The notes under the pieces were generated by a model. It saw only the letters and a list, made by a program, of their open reading frames with translations, made no database searches and was not told the origin of the DNA. From the IMG/VR virus record IMGVR_UViG_3300023112_000001: DNA of 64,000 nt, one strand, 5' to 3'. This DNA is from a virus. Its lineage: Duplodnaviria > Heunggongvirae > Uroviricota > Caudoviricetes > Crassvirales. Both the position numbers and the translations under genes were made by a program. This document shows positions 48,499 to 56,442 of this stretch, piece after piece; within the stretch, counting starts at the first letter, position 1, and the number at the start of each line of letters is the position of its first letter.

Positions 48499-48571
48499 AG
48501 CTCATAGGTCAAATGGTTAAGATGCATGACTGTCTATCATTGCGGAGCGGGTTCGACTCCCGTATGAGCTG
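48499..48571 (+). tRNA. tRNA-Asp (anticodon GUC), probable.
   Basis: Acceptor AGCTCAT / ATGAGCT (7 bp); D loop contains GG; anticodon loop CTGTCTA; T arm GCGGG-TTCGACT-CCCGT. A U at position 37 and one anticodon-stem mismatch are atypical. Confidence 0.55.
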
Positions 48572-48576
48572 CATAT

Positions 48577-48650
48577 CTAGGCGCGATCCATTGGCGCGGT
48601 TACCTACCTTGGACGTAGGGTTATTGTAGGTTCGACTCCTACCGCTTAGA
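48577..48650 (+). tRNA. tRNA-Pro (anticodon UGG).
   Basis: Acceptor CTAGGCG / CGCTTAG with the bacterial tRNA-Pro hallmark C1-G72 pair and A73; perfect anticodon arm CCTAC-CTTGGAC-GTAGG; T arm GTAGG-TTCGACT-CCTAC. Confidence 0.7.
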
Positions 48651-48652
48651 CT

Positions 48653-48723
48653 CCTCCTGTAGCTCAATGGTAGAGTGCTTGACTGTGAATCAAGAGATCT
48701 GAGTTCAATTCTCAGCAGGTTGT
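48653..48723 (+). tRNA. tRNA-His-like (anticodon GUG) with a defective acceptor stem and no encoded G-1; possible pseudo-tRNA.
   Basis: D arm GCTC-AATGGTA-GAGT; perfect anticodon arm CTTGA-CTGTGAA-TCAAG; T arm CTGAG-TTCAATT-CTCAG. The acceptor CCTCCTG / CAGGTTG has two adjacent mismatches, and position -1 is T rather than G. Confidence 0.4.
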
Positions 48724-48729
48724 CATTAT

Positions 48730-48801
48730 TGTTCCTTAGTGTAATGGTTAGCACACAGCACTTTGAATGCTGTAGTCTAGGTTCGAGTCCTGGAGGAACA
48801 A
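48730..48801 (+). tRNA. tRNA-Gln (anticodon UUG).
   Basis: Acceptor TGTTCCT / AGGAACA with a U1-A72 pair as in bacterial tRNA-Gln; U8; D arm GTGT-AATGGTTA-GCAC; anticodon arm CAGCA-CTTTGAA-TGCTG; T arm CTAGG-TTCGAGT-CCTGG. Confidence 0.7.
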
Positions 48802-48959
48802 CAAAATACTTCATACTTTTCTTGGATTATTAAATTTAAATTTGTATATTTGCTGTATGAGATTAAAATATCATGTATCAGACATAATTAAAATGGCAGA
48901 TCAAGATGAAGAAGAATTAGAGTTGTGGTTAATAGATCATCCAGAGTTCTCTTCAGAAG

Positions 48960-49580
48960 ATGGATTTGTGTATTACGAAACATTTAATAATTAATATGAA
49001 AGAAGAATTAATAAGTAAGTTGCAACCAGGAGACATTATACTATGCAGAGGTAATAGTGTATTGTCAAAGTCAATTCAAGTATTCATGAGACTATATATG
49101 AAGAAGCTTGGATATAATAAAGAGTTTATAGAAGCTCGCCTAACTAACCATACTGCTACAGTAATAGATATATGGGGCAGTACATATGTAGTTGAAGCAA
49201 TGGGTAAAGGAATTGAGATAAACCCATTCTCTGAAGCGTATGGTCATAAGTTAGATACTATTAAAGTTATAACCCCTAGAAAGAAGTATACAGCTAAAGA
49301 GAAGAAAGAAATATCTAGAGAAGCTACAGAGCTTTGCTTTAATCCTACTAGATATGATATAGCCAATTTCTTTTATCAGATATATAAAGTTGTTACTACT
49401 AAGAAGAATAAGCCTGGAAAGTGGAAAGGACCTAAAGGAGAGACATCAAAGAAAAGATTATATTGCTCTGAGACATCAGCATATTTAGCTAATAAGATTC
49501 GTAATGGTGTATTTGAAGAGTTCTGGGCTATGAACCCTGTAGACGTAATGTTAAATAATAAGTATAAAGAACTAAAGTAA
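48960..49580 (+). CDS. permuted papain-fold peptidase (YiiX / DUF830-like, NlpC/P60 superfamily); candidate cell-wall amidase/endopeptidase.
   Basis: PGDIILCRGN..., HTATVIDIWGSTYVVEAMGKG, LYCSETSAYL (C-S-E catalytic Cys context) match the YiiX-like permuted catalytic arrangement. Confidence 0.5.
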   Translation: MDLCITKHLIINMKEELISKLQPGDIILCRGNSVLSKSIQVFMRLYMKKLGYNKEFIEARLTNHTATVIDIWGSTYVVEAMGKGIEINPFSEAYGHKLDTIKVITPRKKYTAKEKKEISREATELCFNPTRYDIANFFYQIYKVVTTKKNKPGKWKGPKGETSKKRLYCSETSAYLANKIRNGVFEEFWAMNPVDVMLNNKYKELK

Positions 49581-50077
49581 TGGGTAAGTATAAGTTTGGG
49601 AAGAGTAGTATAAATAATATACATACAGTAACATCTTTATTACAGGAGTTGGCTGCTAGAGCTATAGAGGTATCCGAGGTAGATTTTGGAGTATTAAGCA
49701 CTGGAGGGTTAAGAACTCCAGAAGAACAGAATGAAATATTTAAAATAGGTAATAGTAAATGTGATGGATATAAAAAGAAATCGTATCATCAAACTGGATT
49801 TGCTATTGATTTTGTACCTTATGTTGATGGAAAATATACATGGAATAATGTTGAAGCTTTGTTAAGGACTAAGCAAGCTGTAGATAAGGCATGGAAAGAT
49901 ATACTACATGGAAACCACTTCTTGCACTGGGGAGGTTACTGGGGAGCTAAGGATTTAGACGGAGACGGTAGATTAGAGATAACAGATAGAATTGGTTGGG
50001 ACGCAGCTCATTATGAACTTAGATCTTATCCTCAAGTAAAGAATGTATACAATATATATACATATACACATGTATAA
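49580..50077 (+). CDS. peptidase M15 (VanY / L-alanyl-D-glutamate peptidase-type endolysin).
   Basis: Zn-binding motifs SYHQTGFAIDFVP (H-x6-D) and WDAAHYEL (D-x-x-H), characteristic of phage M15 endolysins. Confidence 0.75.
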   Translation: MGKYKFGKSSINNIHTVTSLLQELAARAIEVSEVDFGVLSTGGLRTPEEQNEIFKIGNSKCDGYKKKSYHQTGFAIDFVPYVDGKYTWNNVEALLRTKQAVDKAWKDILHGNHFLHWGGYWGAKDLDGDGRLEITDRIGWDAAHYELRSYPQVKNVYNIYTYTHV

Positions 50078-50228
50078 TTAAACATACTTCATGTTAAAAT
50101 AGAGTTAGAGCCTTAGTAGAAATACTAGGGCTTTTTTATTTATATTACACTTTATAATAAAAAATATTAGATTTTCCTTGGAAATATAAAATATTTTTCA
50201 TACATTTGTGTAAATCAATAAATAAAAC

Positions 50229-50633
50229 ATGAAGACGAGGAGTTTAGTTTATTTAGCATTACCATATACTTTTAATGGTGAAAAAAGTTTTGATATTGCA
50301 AATATAGTTGCAGCAAAGCTAATGAATGAAGGTAATATAGTTTTTAGCCCTATTAGCCATGCACACCACATATCAGATTATTTAGATCCAGAATTAAAGT
50401 ATGATCAAGAATTTTGGATGGGTCAAGATTTGCCAATGTTAAGTAAATGTGATAAATTAGCTATTGTGCATATAGGTATTGATGGGCCAAAACTAATAGA
50501 GAATAGTAAAGGTTGTCAATCAGAATTAAAACATGCTAAAACCTTTGGTATTCCAGTAGAGCAATATTATTATGAGGAAGTTCTTCAGAATGGAGAAACA
50601 GTTTACAGTATAAATAAAGTAAAAAGATATTAA
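50229..50633 (+). CDS. DUF4406 / nucleoside 2-deoxyribosyltransferase-like protein.
   Basis: N-terminal VYLALPYTFNGEK...IANIVAAKLMNEGNIVFSPISHA resembles the MKIYIAGPMTG...N..F..A...L...G..V.NP pattern of DUF4406 / DNPH1-like proteins. Confidence 0.45.
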   Translation: MKTRSLVYLALPYTFNGEKSFDIANIVAAKLMNEGNIVFSPISHAHHISDYLDPELKYDQEFWMGQDLPMLSKCDKLAIVHIGIDGPKLIENSKGCQSELKHAKTFGIPVEQYYYEEVLQNGETVYSINKVKRY

Positions 50634-50959
50634 TGTCTAACGAACTAGCAGAAAGAAAGAATAACGACAAGTTAAGATGGAGAAACTTTCCTAGATTCTT
50701 AACTAGACCATTAGCTCAAGTAGCTCAATATGGAGAAGGTAAATATGAAACCTTTAATTTCCTAAAAGGAGGAGATCAATTACAATACTTAGATTGTATA
50801 GACAGACATTTGGACTCTTATACTGATCCTAAGCAGGATGATTTAGATCCTGAGAGTAGAGTTAATCATTTAGCTCATGTAGCATGGAATGCTCTTGTTG
50901 CTATTTATATGTTAGAGAATCATCCTAAACTAGATAATAGATTTAAAGATGAAGAGTAA
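50633..50959 (+). CDS. MazG-related all-alpha dNTP pyrophosphohydrolase-like protein (dATP/dGTP diphosphohydrolase N-domain type).
   Basis: RWRNFPRFL.RPLAQVAQYGEGKY...LDPESRVNHLAHVAWNALVA matches the conserved GAxKY...D.ESG..HL.H...N pattern of this phage NTP-PPase family. Confidence 0.45.
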   Translation: MSNELAERKNNDKLRWRNFPRFLTRPLAQVAQYGEGKYETFNFLKGGDQLQYLDCIDRHLDSYTDPKQDDLDPESRVNHLAHVAWNALVAIYMLENHPKLDNRFKDEE

Positions 50960-51137
50960 AGAAGATTTAATAGGAACAGAATGGAAGTGTCCTAAATGCA
51001 ATGAGATTGAGATTATAAATATTAATGGTGTTGATCATAAATGTAATAAATATTGGGACGGTTCTTCATTAAAAGAATTGTTTGAGATGAAGGAATATTA
51101 TACTAAACTTAATAGAAAAATATTTTATGGAGAATGA
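50949..51137 (+). CDS. small zinc-ribbon protein (62 aa).
   Basis: C-x2-C ... H-x-C (CPKCNE...DHKCNKY). Confidence 0.4.
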   Translation: MKSKEDLIGTEWKCPKCNEIEIININGVDHKCNKYWDGSSLKELFEMKEYYTKLNRKIFYGE

Positions 51138-51459
51138 ACCTTGGGCTAATTATAAGGATTGGAAGGTGCTGCATGATTTTTATAATGGTAAAGAAACAAA
51201 TATGGAAAATAAAAAAGAAGAGTTAAAAGAACAATTACAAGATATAGCTATTCCAGCTAAAGAGACAACAATAGAGGCTTCTGAGATAGAACGTCAAGCA
51301 GCTTTATGGTTAGAGGATCATAAGGACTTTGATTTAATTACTATGACCAAAAGACCAGAAGATATGCCTTATGAATTATACACTGTTATTAGAAGAGTGG
51401 CTAAGAAGGCTTTAAAGAGATATACTAGTAGACCAGGGAGAATAACTGAATATAGATAA
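51127..51459 (+). CDS. hypothetical protein (110 aa).
   Basis: ORF coupled to its neighbours. Confidence 0.45.
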   Translation: MENEPWANYKDWKVLHDFYNGKETNMENKKEELKEQLQDIAIPAKETTIEASEIERQAALWLEDHKDFDLITMTKRPEDMPYELYTVIRRVAKKALKRYTSRPGRITEYR

Positions 51460-51469
51460 AATAAGTTTA

Positions 51470-51913
51470 ATGTACAAAATAGAAGAAATACCAGAAAATA
51501 CATTACCATCCTTTAAAAGCAAAATATATCCAGAATTTGACTTGGTAGATGGTTTTATTAAAACACATTATTTTAAAGAAGGTCATGGAGAAACTGATCA
51601 TGATTTTTGTGCAATATATAATACATTTATTAAAATAAATAGAGATGGGGATAATTACTTAATACCATATTTAAATAGAGTTAGGCATGGGCAAATTGGA
51701 ACTAAACATCCAGATGATGTAGTTAAGTTATTTAAAAAACGCATAGATAGAGAGGTTCAGGATTTAAAAGATAATTTTATTATTCCAAATGAAGATAGTT
51801 TAATGAAGCCTTTAAATGGCTGTTACTCTATAATCTATAAATATAAGAAAAAAGATAATGAATATATTAACGGAGAGAGATTGGAAAATAATGAGACGAC
51901 CAGTATATCCTAA
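51470..51913 (+). CDS. hypothetical protein (147 aa).
   Basis: ORF only. Confidence 0.45.
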   Translation: MYKIEEIPENTLPSFKSKIYPEFDLVDGFIKTHYFKEGHGETDHDFCAIYNTFIKINRDGDNYLIPYLNRVRHGQIGTKHPDDVVKLFKKRIDREVQDLKDNFIIPNEDSLMKPLNGCYSIIYKYKKKDNEYINGERLENNETTSIS

Positions 51914-52151
51914 TATACAGTTTGTTTCAGATGGTAATAGAATACAGGTTCAGTCAATGTTAGGTATTGCTATTAAAGGAGAAGAGTATTATTTACCACT
52001 TATTAAGATTTTGGAGATTAACGAGATAAGTGATTTTTGGAGATTGACTGAAGAGTATGTAGAAATAGTAAAAGAATTAGTAGACAAATATGTTTCTGGA
52101 AAGGAAGATATTGAAGAGAATGAAAACATTTATAAAATAGAAGGAGCATAA
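51858..52151 (+). CDS. hypothetical protein (97 aa).
   Basis: ORF only. Confidence 0.4.
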   Translation: MNILTERDWKIMRRPVYPNIQFVSDGNRIQVQSMLGIAIKGEEYYLPLIKILEINEISDFWRLTEEYVEIVKELVDKYVSGKEDIEENENIYKIEGA

Positions 52152-52390
52152 TGGAGAACAAAGTATTTTATATTAAAAACAGTGTACCTCTAGAGGAGGC
52201 AGAAGAATTTGTTATAGGAGACGAGTACTTTAATTTAAAAGGAGAGGGGTTTAGATATGCGGGGAATGAGGTGTTTGATAAGACTAAAGAAACACCTCTT
52301 CTCTATGGAGCCCCTGGTGCAACATTGCCAGAACTAACGAGAAAAGAAGCTCTTAAATTGTTTTGGATATTAAGTAAAAATTTAGAGTAA
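52151..52390 (+). CDS. hypothetical protein (79 aa).
   Basis: ORF with ATGA-type overlap. Confidence 0.4.
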   Translation: MENKVFYIKNSVPLEEAEEFVIGDEYFNLKGEGFRYAGNEVFDKTKETPLLYGAPGATLPELTRKEALKLFWILSKNLE

Positions 52391-52752
52391 TGAAGAAAAT
52401 ACCAATTAAGACAACTGAGAATAAGTTCTTTAGACAATTTTTAGAATTGTTTAGAAGCCTACCTCCTTTTAATGAATTAAGATCTAGAGAGCTAGATGTG
52501 CTTAGCCAGATACTATATCAAAATAATAAGTATAGCTCTATAGTTACCGTAACTAGACCTTTAGTGGTATTTAGTAAAGAGGTTAGAAAAGAGATGAGAG
52601 AGTCTTTAAGTATTTCGGAAGATATATTTAATAACAATTTATCTGGATTACGTAAAAAGAATCTAATAAATGAGGACAATAGGTTGATCCCATTTTTAGA
52701 AACTCTAAAATATGATAAAGAATTTAAATTAGAATTTAATTTTAAAGGTTAA
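52390..52752 (+). CDS. hypothetical protein (120 aa).
   Basis: ORF only. Confidence 0.45.
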   Translation: MKKIPIKTTENKFFRQFLELFRSLPPFNELRSRELDVLSQILYQNNKYSSIVTVTRPLVVFSKEVRKEMRESLSISEDIFNNNLSGLRKKNLINEDNRLIPFLETLKYDKEFKLEFNFKG

Positions 52753-52973
52753 TGAATTACTCAACAGTAGAAGTTATTAAATTAGAAAGCTTAGAAGACT
52801 TAGATAAATACTACCATAAGTTTGAAAATTATTGCAGTGAGTTCCAGGAGATTAAAGGTAATGGATTTTCATACGATATTGATGTAGACTATGATGAAAT
52901 GGAATTAACCATTAACATAAATTTCGATTGGGAAGAAGATGATAATACAGAAGGAGATCCGGGACTTAATTAA
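52752..52973 (+). CDS. hypothetical acidic protein (73 aa).
   Basis: ORF only. Confidence 0.4.
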   Translation: MNYSTVEVIKLESLEDLDKYYHKFENYCSEFQEIKGNGFSYDIDVDYDEMELTININFDWEEDDNTEGDPGLN

Positions 52974-53184
52974 AATAATTGCAAAAAAACATGATTTACC
53001 ATTTGAAACTGCTAGAGAAATAATTTATTCTCAGTTTAAGTTTTTAAGAAAAGAGATAGAGAAAGGATCTAAAGAAGATACTAGTACTTATAAAAATGTA
53101 CTACTCAAGTACTTAGGGACTTTTCATGTAACAGAAAGAAAAATAAACTTTCTAAACAAAAAAAAGAATGAGGAACATAACTGA
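52939..53184 (+). CDS. hypothetical protein (81 aa).
   Basis: ORF only. Confidence 0.4.
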   Translation: MIIQKEIRDLIKIIAKKHDLPFETAREIIYSQFKFLRKEIEKGSKEDTSTYKNVLLKYLGTFHVTERKINFLNKKKNEEHN

Positions 53185-53722
53185 AAACTTTAATACTAAT
53201 AATAATTTTTGGGATTATGCCGCTCAGTTTAAAGTAGTCAGTCCATTTAAAGAATTATATAGCTCAGATAAATCTAGAGGTAAGAAATCATCTTCTAATA
53301 TAATGTGGGCTATATCTTTATGCTATCATCCTGCATCAGATTTATACAATCTTCCAGATAAAGAAGATAGGGTGTTTGATATGGTTAAGGATAAGTCTTT
53401 TAAGTTAAAAGATTACGAAGAGCAAATAGAGTTATTTAAAGATATGTGTTTAACTCAGGCTCAGAAATCATTAGAATCTTGGGATACACGCATGAGACAA
53501 AGAGATGTGTTTCTTAAAGATCAAGAATATAATTTTGATCAGTATGATGATTTAGGTAAGACTATTAAGGGGACTGCAGATCAATTAGACAAGATGGCTG
53601 CTAATACTGGAAAGTTGTATCAAGAATTTTTCAAAATTAAAAAGGAATTAAATGAAGAAGAGCAAACCGCAAAAGGGAAGGGTGGGAAGAATTTATCGCT
53701 ATCCGATTCTGGAGAGATTTAA
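53168..53722 (+). CDS. hypothetical protein (184 aa); small terminase subunit candidate by position.
   Basis: Charged, helical-looking protein two genes upstream of the large terminase; no motif. Confidence 0.3.
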   Translation: MRNITENFNTNNNFWDYAAQFKVVSPFKELYSSDKSRGKKSSSNIMWAISLCYHPASDLYNLPDKEDRVFDMVKDKSFKLKDYEEQIELFKDMCLTQAQKSLESWDTRMRQRDVFLKDQEYNFDQYDDLGKTIKGTADQLDKMAANTGKLYQEFFKIKKELNEEEQTAKGKGGKNLSLSDSGEI

Positions 53723-54008
53723 ACTTAAGGAAAGCTTTAAAACTATTCTTTGCTATGAGAGAATATCTATCGCTATTAATGTGAATGACATTTGGCAATC
53801 GAGAAAATTATATGATTTTATATTATATGTAAAAGAATATTTTATTCACAAAAGGGAAAGGAGTAGTTTGTTTAAAGGTATAGAAGTATTTAATAATAAA
53901 ACTTGTCCCAATATGATGATTAGTGAATATTACTATATAAGAAAGCAAAGCAGTTTTGACAATAGAGACAATGTATATATAAATAAAAAACTTTCAAATA
54001 ATGGATAA
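53652..54008 (+). CDS. hypothetical protein (118 aa); start uncertain.
   Basis: Covers the otherwise uncovered segment 53723..54000; overlaps the upstream ORF in another frame. Confidence 0.3.
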   Translation: MKKSKPQKGRVGRIYRYPILERFKLKESFKTILCYERISIAINVNDIWQSRKLYDFILYVKEYFIHKRERSSLFKGIEVFNNKTCPNMMISEYYYIRKQSSFDNRDNVYINKKLSNNG

Positions 54009-54189
54009 ACAAGAATTTAACATAGGAGATAAGGTCTATCATATATTACCAGATAGCCCACAAGGAATTGTATTTGATGTATCTTATTCATTTAGATACA
54101 ATATGTATAAGTATGAAGTGGTTTGGGACATAGATCGTAGTGTTTGGTATGTAGGAGATGAGTTAAGCAAGAACAAATCTGTTGTATGA
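54001..54189 (+). CDS. small hypothetical protein (62 aa).
   Basis: ORF only. Confidence 0.4.
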   Translation: MDKQEFNIGDKVYHILPDSPQGIVFDVSYSFRYNMYKYEVVWDIDRSVWYVGDELSKNKSVV

Positions 54190-56378
54190 TAGTAAACAAT
54201 GAAAACTTTCTATTAAAAGAGATCCCAAATTATCATCCTATAGCACAAAAGTTTGATAGACTTGGATTTTGGAAAGAGGAGAAGCGTAAATGTATAGAAG
54301 GGTTTTGGTCGGGAGGCAAATGGATGCCTCCTGAGCTTTATTATTATTGTAATTTTCATACCATAATATTTGAAGAAGGAGCGAATCGCACCATTGGTAG
54401 ACCTTGGCTTAGAGATATAGATTGGGAACAAGCTTATCTATATACCGAGGCTTGCGGGTTCTCTGGATTTGAATTAGATACAGAGTATACTTGCCATAGG
54501 CATTATGGTCCTGAACAAGATAGAGCTATTAAATTTGGCTGGCTTACGGAAGATGAAGCTAATTCAAAGAAGTATATTCCAACTAGAGATTATTTAAGAA
54601 AGAATCATGGTAAGTCTTTAGGTAAAGCTATATATCTAAATAGTGCTAAAAATATAATTGAGTTAGCATCAAGGGGTTACGGAAAATCATATGGAGCTTC
54701 TGGTAGGATAGCGCACAACTTTTTATTTGATGGAGCTAGAGATTATGATCTATACTTAGAAAAGCGTAATGGAGATAAACCATATACATCAGAAACAGTA
54801 GTTGGAGCTATTGACGCTAAGTACAGTAATGACTTATTAGAGAAGGTTAAAGTAGGGATGAAGTACCTTCCTGGGGAAGCATCTATTAAAATAGGGAATG
54901 ACACAGAATTCTTTCCATCACCATTAGCTATTAACTTTACTGGTAGTATAGCTCCAGGTAGAAACTATGTATCAGTAAATAGTGAATCTAAATTATATCA
55001 CAGAACATTTGCTGATAATCCATTTGCAGCTAACGGTACTCGCCCAAATAGAGTATTTATAGATGAGGTAGGTTTTATGAATAACTTACTTGAAACATGG
55101 GGAGCTGTAGAAGCTACTCAGGCTGCCGCAGAATTTAGAAGGCTTTGCATGTATGGCATGGGTACTGGTGGATTAACTACTGGTGGAGCTGCTCTATATG
55201 CGCAAGAAATATTTTATAATCCAGAACAATACGACTGCATAGCATTTGAAGATACGTGGGAAGATAAAGGTAAGATATGTTATTTCGTGCCAGCTACTAA
55301 AGCACTTAACATGTTTAAGGAAGGTCCTAATAAAATCTCTAATGAGGGAAAAGCTTTAGAATACATACTTGAAGAAAGAGCTGCAGCTAAAAGCGCTACA
55401 AGTAGTACTAAATATCAAGCCACTATAATTAACAAACCCATTGCGCCATCTGAAATCTTCTTACGGATGGAGGGAACATTTTTTCCTACTGCTGACTTAA
55501 ACTCTGTTTTAGCTGACTTAGAGGGAAGTGGAACTACATTAAACGCAACATATAAGATTAGGTTTAATTTGATAGATGGGAAACCTGCTATCGCTGTTTC
55601 GGATGAACATCCTATTAGAGAATTTCCTTTAAGAAGAGGGAGGAATATGGATGCTTGCACTGAGTTATTTGAATTGCCAAAAACTGATAGTAACGGGAGG
55701 GTTCAGTTTGGTCGATATATAGCTGGATGGGACCCCATTAACACTGACGACAATTCAGATGTTCAGCAATCATTACAATCAGTATTTGTATTAGATTCAT
55801 GGACTAACAGGATAGTGGCTGAGTATACAGCAAGAACATATTTGGTAAATGATTTTTACGAACAGACTAGGAGATTATTAATATTTTACAATGCTGTTTG
55901 TTTATACGAAAGTAACGTTAAAGGTCCTTATGGATATTTTAAAAATAAAAATTCATTACATCATTTAGCTGAAACACCAGAAATACTTAAAGATCAAAAT
56001 CTTGTAAAAGGTAGTACTGTCGGAAATAAATCGCTAGGGGTCGCTACTAATGATAAGGTAAATGCTTATGGATTAGGATTGATTTTAGGATGGATGGAGG
56101 ATCAAGCTTATGATAGAGATGAGGGGATTAGAAATTTAGATTTAATTGAATCTCCTGCGCTTATAAAAGAATTGGTTTCGTATAGTGCTGACATAAACAC
56201 AGATAGGGTTAGCGCATTAGCTATGGTCATGATCTTAAAAGAAGATAGAGCAAGAGCTACAGATATATTACTCAATAAAAGAGTAAAGACTAAATCTTCT
56301 GATCCATTCTTTGATAGAGCTTTTAAAACAGATTATATGTCTAGTTATCTTCGTAAAGTATATAAAAATTCACATTAA
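54186..56378 (+). CDS. terminase large subunit (ATPase plus nuclease).
   Basis: Walker A-like LASRGYGKSYGAS, Walker B NRVFIDEVGFM, acidic nuclease-domain motif IAGWDPINTDDNSD; 730 aa; followed by portal-like and capsid-like genes. Confidence 0.65.
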   Translation: MIVNNENFLLKEIPNYHPIAQKFDRLGFWKEEKRKCIEGFWSGGKWMPPELYYYCNFHTIIFEEGANRTIGRPWLRDIDWEQAYLYTEACGFSGFELDTEYTCHRHYGPEQDRAIKFGWLTEDEANSKKYIPTRDYLRKNHGKSLGKAIYLNSAKNIIELASRGYGKSYGASGRIAHNFLFDGARDYDLYLEKRNGDKPYTSETVVGAIDAKYSNDLLEKVKVGMKYLPGEASIKIGNDTEFFPSPLAINFTGSIAPGRNYVSVNSESKLYHRTFADNPFAANGTRPNRVFIDEVGFMNNLLETWGAVEATQAAAEFRRLCMYGMGTGGLTTGGAALYAQEIFYNPEQYDCIAFEDTWEDKGKICYFVPATKALNMFKEGPNKISNEGKALEYILEERAAAKSATSSTKYQATIINKPIAPSEIFLRMEGTFFPTADLNSVLADLEGSGTTLNATYKIRFNLIDGKPAIAVSDEHPIREFPLRRGRNMDACTELFELPKTDSNGRVQFGRYIAGWDPINTDDNSDVQQSLQSVFVLDSWTNRIVAEYTARTYLVNDFYEQTRRLLIFYNAVCLYESNVKGPYGYFKNKNSLHHLAETPEILKDQNLVKGSTVGNKSLGVATNDKVNAYGLGLILGWMEDQAYDRDEGIRNLDLIESPALIKELVSYSADINTDRVSALAMVMILKEDRARATDILLNKRVKTKSSDPFFDRAFKTDYMSSYLRKVYKNSH

Positions 56379-56442
56379 TTTAATCTTTATTTGGAAGTTA
56401 TATTTTTTTTTAGTATATTTACAGCAAATCTAGCAAAACAAA

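Noticed and set aside
48509-48814. 101-aa minus-strand ORF spanning the tRNA cluster.
   Set aside because: Its sequence is the reverse complement of four tRNA-like genes, a translation artefact of structured GC-rich RNA genes.
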